Assembly (NCBI GenBank): GCA_002269645.1
Contig: NIVC01002975.1
Location: forward strand, 62,001-126,000
Reading direction: 5' to 3'
Origin: Macrostomum lignano
Taxonomy: Eukaryota
Length of the DNA stretch: 64,000 nucleotides
Part shown: positions 23,779 through 35,352 of the stretch, in pieces
Numbering within the stretch: position 1 is the stretch's first letter
How the letters are laid out: each line of letters opens with the position of its first letter
The notes under the pieces: model-generated
Told to the model about the DNA's origin: nothing
What the model saw: only the letters and a program-made list of their open reading frames with translations
Database searches by the model: none
Program-made: the position numbers and the translations under genes

Positions 23779-25384
23779 ATGTAAAAGTTCACACGAAAAG
23801 AAAAGACAAGCTTGTGACAAGAGGACAATCAGCATCTAATTACACTACCAGGATGCAGGCCAAATGAAAATCCAAAATAAAGAGGATTACAGCGCAAAGG
23901 ATAATTAAAGAAAGCAAAGCCATGCAGCTAGCGAGGCGGGGGCAGTCAACCAAATAATTGGCAACAAATTTGAAAGCTGGCCCAACCCGGGCCAACAATA
24001 GAGGAGCAACGAGTAGCAGCGAGAGTGAGCGACCGGTCAAGCAGGAGGATGAAGGGGGATTCGCCGAGGCGTACTGGTGGACCGCCGCCTCAGCACAGCA
24101 CGGTTTAATTGGCTCAGGTGGATCAGGGCTGGCGGCCTTTGTGGCCTCCGCTCTCGCCTGGGGGGACGAGAGGTCGGCGAGCAAAAAATATGAAAAACTG
24201 CCAATGTCCAGCCTCCCGCCCGCATCCTACATTGAGGCAGCTTAAGGACCCCGCCTCGGGGAATGAGCGGAGCTATCAGCAGCCCCGCTGCCGGGGTCTC
24301 CACGCATGGATAAAGCGGCTGGGTTAATAACTGGACACTGCGGCACAGGGCACACGTGCGAGCGGCCGGCCCGCAGACTTCTTCATAATTTAATGCTCCA
24401 TCACTACAGTATCCGCTTATGCTAGATGTATAATCGCCCATTGTCCTAGACCAATGAACCTGCTTAGCCATAACTATAAGGATTCCCACTGTCTTTGATG
24501 AGGACTATAATTAGCAGGGAGCTACTAAGCAAAGGAATTGGTTTCCCTCCCCAAGCACAATTTTGTTTTCTTATCCTCCTAGCAAAACTAAAATCTCTCC
24601 CTTGTGTTTTAAATCACGCTGAAGGTCATGAAGACAAACATTTATGAAGATACCAACGGTAGAGACATTACATTGAAGTTACAATTCTTGACAAATAATG
24701 TGTATCAATCGATGTACCTATCTAGCTCGTATCTATCCAGCCGACATGACTTCATATGGTGCTCCAATTGCACAAAGTCTGCAAAGGAAGAATTTGCTGA
24801 ATTCCAACGATCCCAATAATGCAGGGAACTTGCAAAGCTGGCTGATGAGATGAGATTAACCCGATTGCAAATATCTTTTCGAATAAATTATAAGAATATA
24901 AACTCATTCTGAAAACCGAATAATTCGATTGGTGCCTGTCATAGAAGAGGCACAAGATTATCCACTGCGCGTGTGCGGCCACCAACTGATAAACAATAGA
25001 TGCCAATCGCGCAATGAGAATTTCAAGGATGGAGGAGGTCTTCAGCCTGGAGAACTGCTCAGCTCTCCACGCATAGAGATGGCTATCACTGTGCTGGCTA
25101 TTGCGCCAGCGCCCGTCAGCTAACATTTAGTTAATGAAGCCAGACTCACCTGCATGCACAGCTATATTCATCATCTACTTAACCTGCATCGATTGACCCG
25201 CGATGCTTTATTCAGCTAGCTAGTTGAGCAGTCATGCCGATTCCGCTAAGCCGGATACGTACGCAGACTCGCATTTCTCAGGCATGCCTGCATTCTGTGC
25301 CAAGGGACCTGGCTCTCATGGTTGAGCACTGCACAAGCCCCAGGCCAATTCTCGTTCAAGAGCCCTAAAATTAATGTCATGATA

Positions 25385-25808
25385 TTAGTTTAGTAAGAAG
25401 CATTAGGCTGTGTGCACCCTGGCGCACTTTAAGCGACATTGTCACACAGCCCCCGGGAAGGGACAGCGGCTCTCACTGCAGTGCAGCACCCGGGAAGGGG
25501 CCGGCGAGAGGCATTGCTGCCCATTCCGCCGACTCCCCTGAGCAGGCACACAAGCGCGCGGATACGTACGCAGTCATACGCACAGGCACACACTCACACA
25601 GGAGTGTACAGCGGCCCTAACTTTATATTATCGTTAGGCATGTACACTTCACTGCGCATTGGGAGTTGGCCCTCACGGCCGTTAATTGCACGAGCAGAGC
25701 CAAGCCGAGATTCCAATTCAGCCCCAAATTAATGTGACGGCACTTGGAATCGAGCCTGGGCCGCTGGCACATCAGAGCGCTGCGATAGACCGCTGGGCTA
25801 CGCCCCCC
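25385..25808 (-). mobile_element. Putative tRNA-derived SINE
   Basis: Minus-strand head with A box TAGCCCAGCGG and B box GGCTCGATTCC (25808-25736); body shares conserved blocks with 31495-31650. Confidence 0.5.
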
Positions 25809-27217
25809 TTAACCGTTAAGCTACTCTGCATCTGGGATGCTGAAATCGAAACGAAATTCAAACAATACAAGCATTGCAATTTTGATTCATTGCTTTTTCA
25901 CTAACATAAAAGAAGAAACAATTCTTTTAGTAGTAACTTTGTTAAAGCTAGCAAATAAAAATGCATCAAGTGACGTGTTTGTTTAATTTAAGTCACCGAA
26001 TGAACCGAGCTTCGAGCACAAACGCATGCAATAGAGAGATAGAAGGTATAGCATAAACAGCTAGGGGAACAAATATAAAAAAGAATTACAGTGGCAGGAG
26101 GACAGACTGCAATTGCAACAGACATTGAGTTATCAAGAGAGACTTGGACAGCAACAAAAAAGTTATGGACCACGAACCAAAAAAGAACACGAAAAAACTA
26201 GCAGAGCAATAAGAAAAAAACTACTATTACTGTACAATTCAGCTGAAATCCATCATTGCGCTCTCCATTCCAGGTGGATGAAGCTGAGGATCAAGAGTGG
26301 CGAGAAAGGCAGCTGGATGCAGACTATGGGAGAATCAAGAGTGGGAGGAGCTTCTCAACACAGTAAATCCTCACAATTGGATGGCATCTGCGAAGACTGA
26401 AACCAAAAACGCGCGCCAAGAGCGTGGCGGAGAGGGGAGGGGAGAGTGCCGAAAAAATGTGATGGGGCAATGGCCAGAGCCAGAACTAGAATACTTCGAT
26501 CACAAAGTCTCCCAGCAAGTGAAAGGGAAAGAGAGATGCAGCTGTTCCAGAACCACTTCATCATCAGAATCTTCGCCTCTCTTCGCACACCTTGAGATAT
26601 CACAATTCAAAAATATGAGTCACAACTATAGGATTAGGCAATAGTAAAGAATTGAGTTGCAGCAAAAAATATGGCGACTTAGCGAGAGCTGCGAATGAAA
26701 ACACGGGCACTAAAATTGAGTTATTACTAGAATTTTATTTTTGATTGCAATCATAACGTGACTTAATATTTAAATATTCTTATTTATTACTAGTAATGAG
26801 GGAACATACACGCGCAACTGCTGGCTGACCTGGCCAATCCGGCCAACGTAAATTGAGGTGGACCAGGGGTAAGTCGCGAAAATGCCCACCCAAGGGAATA
26901 AACATAGTAGTAATTAGATGACGAAGCATTTAGCCTTAATAATACAGTCATAGTTACTCCTGCCGTTTACTCAAAATTACGTTAATTTTCTGAGCATTAC
27001 TTCCCCAGGTAAGTCGCATTTTTGGTCAAAAAGTAAGTCACATGGCCAGTGTAAATCAGGGGGTTTGCGCATGTATGAGAGAGAATATGGGTCAGTTGAC
27101 AATTAAAAGGAAATGTGAACTGCATTTCCAAGCCTGTTGATGTCCAAGCTAAAATCTTCAACTCAAGATTCGACTAATCTCCTAAAAATATTTCTTCTGA
27201 CTCAATGAATTTATTCA

Positions 27218-28978
27218 TCAGCAGCCAGTATCGGCTCCGGAGTTCCACGGCCACAGCAGCGCGGGTCCTTCATCATCAGCCTCATCTTGGCCATCGGCCT
27301 CGGCCTCGCCGCCATCCTCATCGTCGCTGGAGTAGTGCCGGTCGCGGCCGCTGCTCGACTCTTCGTCCTCGGGCAGGCCGATCAGGAATTGTCGATCGCC
27401 GCTAAGCCGCAGTCCGGCGGCAATTAGGGCGTCGGCCACCTCATCAGGGGTGGCACTCAGCGACTTCAGCACGACGTAGTTGCACAGGCGGCTGATGGGC
27501 AGGCGCACCAGGTCTCCATAAGGATCATCGCTGCTGCTGTCATCTGAATCGGGCACCTCGGCCGTGCTCCGGCGATGCCGTTCAAACAGTAGGCTGGTTC
27601 GGGCGCATCTGACCGCCTCCTGGGCCAGGTGCTCGTCGCGCGGCAACTCCGGTTGCCATGGGAACTCAAATTTTAATACTTCCTTATATGGCTCGGCTGT
27701 TGAATAGTCGCTGACAGTGTCATTTGGAACAAATGCGCGGCTTATAGCGTGGCCAGAAGTATCACTAGGATTTGTGACGTCACCGGAAGTACCAGTATAG
27801 CTCGTAGGGATATCAACGGAAGCACCAATATGATTAGTGACGTCATAGGAAGTCCCAGTACGATTAGTGATGTCACCGTAAGAAACAGTACGATTAGTGG
27901 CGTCACCGGAAGCAACAGTATGATTAGTGACGTCACCGGAAGCAACAGTATGATTAGTGACGTCACCGGAAGCAACAGTATGATTAGTGACGTCACCGGA
28001 AGTCTTAATACGTTTAGTGACAGGTCCTGGCAACAAGGTAAATACGGCAATCTGCGAGCAGTGGCCAATCATCTTCAGGCCGTCGGGCGCGTCGCCAACG
28101 CCAGTGAATCGAACAGCGTAGCCGTACCGGCGGGCGATGGACTGCGACCAGGCCTGGAACTGAGCCCGAGTCCATTCGAATTTGTGATCATGATGCCGCA
28201 GGCCGGGAAAGCGCGGCCCGAAGCAGGTATTGAATTCGGCATTGGGAGTGGTGACAACAACCAGGCCGGGCCTCAGCTGGCCAAACAGGTGGCCGGGCAG
28301 CCTGGCCAGCTGGTCAAGCGGCAGGTGTTCGATCATTTCCACTAGCAGAGCGGCGTCGGCGCCGGCAAGCCTAGCATCTGGCTCGGTGGCGCAGCCGGCC
28401 AGCAGCCTGGCGCGCATTGGCCGGCTCCGCTTCTTCATGTAGTCGCCGACAGTCGGCGCCAGACTCTGCCTGGCCGCTTCCAGCATCACCGGGTCCTGTT
28501 CGGCGACGTAGTCGACTGCCAGATAATCGACATCGAATCGGAGAAACTTCAACGATTGAGAAAACAGGCGGCACTCGGCGGCGCCAAGGTCGATCAGTTT
28601 GATCACGCCGGGCCGCCTGCTGTCGTTGCCGAACCGCTCCACTAGCAGGTCGAACGCGGCCGTGTATCGCTGCTTGTACAGCGGCGGCGAGAAGCTTACA
28701 GTTAGCGACGTCGATGATTCGACTCGGTCGCGATCATCGCCGCCTCCGATTGGCTGGAAGCAGGGCCGACGGGGAAATACGACGCGCTGTGCGGCCAGGC
28801 CGAGCAGCTGCCACGGAGGCCATTGAGAGGCTTCGCTTGCTTCGATGGACTCGTACCAGGCTGGCCGGCTGTAGGACCGGTAGAATGCGGTGGAATTGGC
28901 GGCTGAATTCGCAGACGCAGCAGCTGACGAATTGTCGTCCGGTGCGTTGTCGAACTGGCCGACAGAAGCTGCCTCCTC
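27218..28978 (-). CDS. HENMT1: Small RNA 2'-O-methyltransferase HEN1/HENMT1, terminal exon
   Basis: The frame stays open upstream of the track start to acceptor CACACAG| at 28978. Motifs FSPPLYKQRY, IDLGAAEC (SAM binding), VEMIEHL and DHKFEWTR (metal ligands), VVTTPNAEFN, FTGVG, GHCSQIAVF, and a C-terminal LPISRLCNY..L block. Confidence 0.93.
   Translation of the reverse strand, partial: EEAASVGQFDNAPDDNSSAAASANSAANSTAFYRSYSRPAWYESIEASEASQWPPWQLLGLAAQRVVFPRRPCFQPIGGGDDRDRVESSTSLTVSFSPPLYKQRYTAAFDLLVERFGNDSRRPGVIKLIDLGAAECRLFSQSLKFLRFDVDYLAVDYVAEQDPVMLEAARQSLAPTVGDYMKKRSRPMRARLLAGCATEPDARLAGADAALLVEMIEHLPLDQLARLPGHLFGQLRPGLVVVTTPNAEFNTCFGPRFPGLRHHDHKFEWTRAQFQAWSQSIARRYGYAVRFTGVGDAPDGLKMIGHCSQIAVFTLLPGPVTKRIKTSGDVTNHTVASGDVTNHTVASGDVTNHTVASGDATNRTVSYGDITNRTGTSYDVTNHIGASVDIPTSYTGTSGDVTNPSDTSGHAISRAFVPNDTVSDYSTAEPYKEVLKFEFPWQPELPRDEHLAQEAVRCARTSLLFERHRRSTAEVPDSDDSSSDDPYGDLVRLPISRLCNYVVLKSLSATPDEVADALIAAGLRLSGDRQFLIGLPEDEESSSGRDRHYSSDDEDGGEAEADGQDEADDEGPALLWPWNSGADTGC
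27745..28020 (-). repeat. In-frame 30-bp coding minisatellite (TVASGDVTNH) inside HENMT1
   Basis: About 9 units, three near-identical at 27901-27990; no stops. Confidence 0.9.
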
Positions 28979-29179
28979 CTGTGTGCCAATGGTTTTAATC
29001 AGCCTTAAATAAAGTACAAATGTACTTTAAAAGTTTAGATAAAGTAATTTGTACTTTTAAATCGAGCACATGTACTTTAAAAAGAGTACTTGTGCTAAGA
29101 AAAGTACACGTGTACTTTTTTCTTGGGCTAACACGAGAAATCGAATAAAGTTTCGTCAGTCAATGGTGCAAACACTTAC

Positions 29180-29387
29180 CGACTCAATCAAGTACTGCTG
29201 TTGCTCCTGTTGCTGAGTTGATGAAGGACCAACCAGCTGGTTTGAAACAGTTGAAACCGACGCCACGGCCGACGCTTCGGCAGACGGGGCGGCAGCAGCA
29301 GAAGCAGGCTGCTGTGCGACATCGGGGCAGTCGCCGCTGCTCAGTGACGCTGTGGGGGTCTGGTGTGCGGGGTGGATGGCGGGTGAC
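29180..29387 (-). CDS. HENMT1: Probable upstream coding exon of HENMT1 (Ala/Ser/Gln-rich)
   Basis: Acceptor TGTTTTGTTTATATTGAATAG| and donor TCG|GTAAGT; phase 0 joins in frame to 28978; no ATG in the exon. Confidence 0.6.
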
Positions 29388-29464
29388 CTATTCAATATAA
29401 ACAAAACACATGGCAATTTTTATCATAAATACTTAATCATCTGGTGTCTCTGTTACCGCTTTTC

Positions 29465-30968
29465 AGTGGTTAATGGGCGATTCTTAACGGTGTCTAGTGG
29501 GCGATTCTCAGCGGTGTCTAGTGGGCGATTCTCAGCGGTGTCTAGTGGGCGATTCTTTAGGTGTCTAATGGGCGATTCTTAACGGTGTCTAATGGGCGAT
29601 TCTTTAGGTGTCTAATGAGCGATTCTTAACGGTGTCTAGTGGGCGATTCTTTAGGTGTCTAATGAGCGATTCTTAACGGTGTCTAGTGGGCGATTCTTTA
29701 GGTGTCTAATGGGCGATTCTTAACGGTGTCTAGTGGGCGATTCTTTAGGTGTCTAATGGGCGATTCTTAACGGTGTCTAGTGGGCGATTCTTTAGGTGTC
29801 TAATGGGCGATTCTTAACGGTGTCTAGTAGGCGATTCTTAACGGTGTCTAGTGGGCGATTCTTAACGGTGTCTAGTGGGCGATTCTTAACGGTGTCTAGT
29901 GGGCGATTCTTAACGGTGTCTAATGGGCGATTCTTAACGGTGTCTAGTGGGCGATTCTTTAGGTGTCTAATGGGCGATTCTTAACGGTGTCTAGTGGGCG
30001 ATTCTTAACGGTGTCTAGTGGGCGATTCTTAACGGTGTCTAGTGGGCGATTCTTAACGGTGTCTAGTGGGCGATTCTTAACGGTGTCTAGTGGGCGATTC
30101 TTAACGGTGTCTAGTGGGCGATTCTTTAGGTGTCTAATGGGCGATTCTTAACGGTGTCTAATGGGCGATTCTTAACGGTGTATAGTGGGCGATTCTTAAC
30201 GGTGTCTAGTGGGCGATTCTTAACGGTGTCTAGTGGGCGATTCTTAACGGTGTCTAGTGGGCGATTCTTAACGGTGTCTAGTGGGCGATTCTTAACGGTG
30301 TCTAGTGGGCGATTCTTAACGGTGTCTAGTGGGCGATTCTTAACGGTGTCTAGTGGGCGATTCTTAACGGTGTCTAGTGGGCGATTCTTTAGGTGTCTAA
30401 TGGGCGATTCTTAACGGTGTCTAATGGGCGATTCTTAACGGTGTCTAGTGGGCGATTCTTAACGGTGTCTAGTGGGCGATTCTTAACGGTGTCTAGTGGG
30501 CGATTCTTAACGGTGTCTAATGGGCGATTCTCAGTGGTGCCTAATGGGCGATTCTCAGCGGTGTCTAATGGGTGATTCTTGGCGGTGTCTAGTGGGCGAT
30601 TCTTAACGGTGTCTAGTGGGCGATTCTTAACGGTGTCTAGTGGGCGATTCTTAACGGTGTCTAATGGGCGATTCTCAGTGGTGCCTAATGGGCGATTCTC
30701 AGCGGTGTCTAATGGGTGATTCTTGGCGGTGTCTAGTGGGCGATTCTTAACGGTGTCTAGTGGGCGATTCTTAACGGTGTCTAGTGGGCGATTCTTAACG
30801 GTGTCTAATGGGCGATTCTCAGTGGTGCCTAATGGGCGATTCTCAGTGGTGCCTAATGGGCGATTCTCAGCGGTGTCTAATGGGTGATTCTTGGCGGTGT
30901 CTAATTGGCGATTCTCAGAGGTGTCTAATGGGCGATTCTCAGAGGTGTCTAATGGGTGATTCTTGGCG
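29465..30968. repeat. 24-bp minisatellite (GTGTCTAGTGGGCGATTCTTAACG)
   Basis: About 62 units; source of the SSGRFLTV pseudo-ORFs. Confidence 0.97.
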
Positions 30969-31494
30969 AAATTTGGCACTTCAACAGAAAGCAGGTGTTT
31001 TAATCAGCATTGCAAAAAAGCAGTGTAATATTTAAAATATTTTGGCACCAAAATGCTCCCGTTTAATGTTACTAAAGTAGAAAGTAAGACAGAAGGATGC
31101 GGGTAGGCAAAAAATCTCCCATAAACAATGCTGCATCAAAATCCGCGACATCTGATAGTTGTGACTTGGAAAATCTTTCAATCTTTCCGGACCATATTGG
31201 ACTGTGGGCAATGTTTTCACTACCAACAAAACTACCAGAGTCAACGTCGGCTTGTGATCCCTCCATCAACTTTTGACTGTTTATTTGGATTAGAATTCGC
31301 ACCGAGCCGCCTTCTTCTCTTAAAGCTTTAGGTGGCGCTATCAAGTTACGCTGCCAGTAATTAATATAAAAAATGACACCAAACTCCGGTCTAACATCGA
31401 TCATTTTTTAAGAAATCGCGCTTTCTGAGAGCTTGTAGATGCCTAATGGTGTAGCAAATCGGTGGTCGCTTTGCACCCTGCAGGAGCGTAAAAA

Positions 31495-31650
31495 CATCCT
31501 CAGGAGGGCTGTGGACACCCTGGCGCTACATCTTCGGCGAAATCGTTCCCCATCCAGCCGTGAGGCAGTCCTGCCTACCCCTGAGCACACACAGGCGCGC
31601 CAATTCTGTACGCAGGCAGGCACGCACTCTGTGGCCGCGCCCCTTGCCAC
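31495..31650 (-). mobile_element. Diverged partial copy of the 25385-25808 SINE-like body
   Basis: Shares GGCTGTG..CACCCTGGCGC, CCCCTGAGCA, GCGCGC and TACGCAG in the same order. Confidence 0.45.
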
Positions 31651-33762
31651 TTAACTGTCAGCGTCTTTGTATTGTACATTATCTACAAATCAAGGAGCTG
31701 GCAATAGGGGAACTCATAATAAATAATGATTGCTTTATGGCAAGAATCAGCTGTTGAGGCCTGAGCCACGGCCCGTAGCAGGCTTCTGTGAGGGTGTTAG
31801 ATAGAATTGGCCACTTTAACGGGATAAAGGGGGACAAGACAGAAATCAAATGTTGAACAACCGGCACAATGATTGAATATGATTGCGCATCATCGGGTTA
31901 ACAATTATACATTTGAAAACTAACTATAGACCCTGAAGCCTCACAGGTGCTAGCTACGTTAATTCAGCCGCAATATTTTATAGGGGCTCGCACACCGCGG
32001 GGGGGGGGGGCTTGAGGGAGGGACAGACAGACAGCCAGGAATAAGGCGGTGCGAATCTCTCCACTCTCTTAAAACAAGAGAGCCGACAAAGTTAAAGCAG
32101 AGAAGAAACGAAGTGTGATAATAAGAGGCAGAGGTAAGGGTTGGTTAAAGACATGGCCAACACAGGACGAAGACAAAGAATTATAGAGCGAATAGAAAAG
32201 AATTTGATCTTAAAAACAAGCCGGGTCATGGGAGAGAGAGAGAAAGGGAAGTCTGCGTATTGGGCTATTGACAATTGCCACCTTGGGGATTTCAATAGTG
32301 AAACAAACCGAAACCAGTGGGAGAAAAAAGTTTCCGGCCAAAGTATTAGCTATCTGCCTAGCTGTCAGTTGTTAATTGAAACAGAGACAGAGCGTGGAGC
32401 GTGCGGCGGGAATGATCGAGGAATTGCAACGTGCTGTCCTTCCTAGTAGGCTTCCTATAGGCCTATAGATATAGATAGAAAACCGGCGAGGTCGCCCGCA
32501 TTTCTCGGACCGGCCCCACCCCCCCCCTCACTCCCCCGACTCGCCTCGGGGGGTCAGGCGCGAGCGGTTTGGCTCTTCTACTCTATAAATGCATAAACCC
32601 ACATAGCGAAGAGTAAGGTAAAAATAAGGAAGCATCAACAGGCCGATCCCGCATAATTCGAATTCAATTTTAGCTCGCGATCTGTTCTTCTTCTACAAGC
32701 CCAAAAGCAGAAGAATATAGAAGAGAACATACGCAAGTCTTTCCCTGCACCGTTTGCGCAATTAGACCGTGGAAAAACCCGCATAGGTGTGGGGGGAGGA
32801 GAGAGACTAGAATGGGAAGATTTGGAAGGAGGGCCATCGCGCCGAGTTTTGACACCGCGCTGCGCAGTAGAAGCGGGGAAATTTAAAAGAGAAAAAAAAG
32901 CAGACACAAAGAAAGAGATCGCCACGTCCCGATTAACGCAGGAAAGAGAAAAACACCAGACCGACCTGTTACGCAATGCACAACTTTAAGCCTCTCTCAC
33001 CATTTATATACTTGCATTAAAATAATGGCTGATGTAGAGACAGCGATAACCTACGCTCCCCCATTCAAGCCGTCTTGAGGAGCTTCATCTTGGGCGCGGG
33101 ATGCTGGACACACTGGCTTGACTCGAATTCTGTGACGGGAAATGCCCCAAGCAGACCAACACCCCCCACCCAGCAAGATAATCCGCAAACTGGCAGATTA
33201 GCAAATTATATGTTAGCCTTTTCTTCTTAAAAAATTTTCTAAACTAATTGGCCTCTTCTAAAAGCAGTTCCACACAAGATTAGAAACACACTCGGAAGCT
33301 AACAACCGTCTCTGATAGGAGATCAAGTGAAAACTCAGGTGCGAATTCAACTGTTACGAGTAGAAAGAGAAAGAAAGCGGCACGTGGCCCCTGCCGAAGC
33401 CTTCCTGCTAATGCAGTTTCTGCACGCAAAGATTTCTGCTTGGAGAAATGATCACACACACCTTTGAGCGATAAAACTGACAAGCCATTATTACTAAAAA
33501 AACTTCATAAGTTGAAATGAATAAATAAAACGCAACAAGGAAGTAAATTTAAACACTTAAAATACGTTAGTCTGCATTTTTGGATTTAATTATTAAACAA
33601 TCCGACATTAATTAAGGTATTACAGGAAAACGTGACAGCGCGCTTTAGAACCATAACAAATCAGCCAATGAGTTAATATAGAAAACTATAGATCTTTTCT
33701 CTAAAACCTCTCAAAGGGGACACACATTATCTATACTGTTTTTATCGCTCACTGAGATCTCA

Positions 33763-34302
33763 TAGGTGAGATTTTAGCGCCAATCTACCACAGATGAGAT
33801 TTTAGCGCCAATCCAACACCACAGGTGAGATTTTAGCGCCAATCCAACACCACAGGTGAGATTTTAGCGCCAATCCAACACCACAGGTGAGATTTTAGCG
33901 CCAATCCAACACCACAGGTGAGATTTTAGCGCCAATCCAACACCACAGATGAGATTTTAGCGCCAATCTAACACGACAGGTGAGATTTTAGTGCCAATCC
34001 AACACCACAGATGAGATTTTAGCGCCAATCCAACACGACAGGTGAGATTTTAGCGCCAATCCAACACCACAGATGAGATTTTAGCGCCAATCCAACACGA
34101 CAGGTGAGATTTTAGTGCCAATCCAACACGACAGATGAGATTTTAGCGCCAATCCAACACCACAGATGAGATTTTAGCGCCAATCCAACACGACAGGTGA
34201 GATTTTAGTGCCAATCCAACACGATAGATGAGATTTTAGCGCCAATCCAACACCACAGATGAGATTTTAGCGCCAATCCAACACCACAGGTGAGATTTCA
34301 GC
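33763..34302. repeat. 31-bp minisatellite (ACAGGTGAGATTTTAGCGCCAATCCAACACC)
   Basis: About 17 units; 22-bp core identical to the 19146-20727 array. Confidence 0.96.
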
Positions 34303-34487
34303 GCAGAAATCAAGAATTGTAGGTAATTGATTTAGCTTCAGAAGGTTTTAGTTATTTTTGGCCTACAACTTTCATGCAAAACGCAGAGGAACTGAAATGG
34401 CATCCAAATTGCATAAACCAATCATAATGATTGAACTAACACCAACCTTTAGACTAGCACCCTATCTGCACATAGTTTCTCAGCGCG

Positions 34488-34913
<426 letters not shown>

Positions 34914-34994
34914 TTATATTAGTAACCGTGTGCTAGTATTATAGCAATTTAATTATAGTAACTTTATACTCAATGTAAATTTAATGGAATACCT

Positions 34995-35352
34995 AATGTT
35001 ACAATACCGAAACTTCACCTACCGAAACTTTACCTACCGAAAGCTTCACATACCGAAACTTCACATACCAAAAGCTTCACATACCAAAAGCTTCACATAC
35101 CAAAAGATTCACAAACCAAAAGCTTCACATACCAAAAGCTTCAGATACCAAAAGATTCACATACCAAAAGCTTCACATACCAAAAGCTTCAGATACCAAA
35201 AGATTCACATACCAAAAGCTTCACATACCAAAAGCTTCAGATACCAAAAGATTCACATACCAAAAGCTTCAGATACCAAAAGCTTCATATACCACAAGAT
35301 TCAGATACCGAAACTTCACCTACCGAAACTTTACATACCGAAAGCTTCACAA
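34995..35352. repeat. 16-bp minisatellite (ACCAAAAGCTTCACAT)
   Basis: Tandem units. Confidence 0.92.

Noticed and set aside
22515-23867. 437-aa and 361-aa QTDR ORFs and SVCL ORFs
   Set aside because: Translations of the (GACA)n microsatellite
24628-26644. Short ORFs at 24628-25126 and 26113-26644 as possible transposase or LINE remnants
   Set aside because: No diagnostic motifs in any frame
29352-31035. SSGRFLTV and NRPLDTVK ORFs
   Set aside because: Translations of the 24-bp minisatellite
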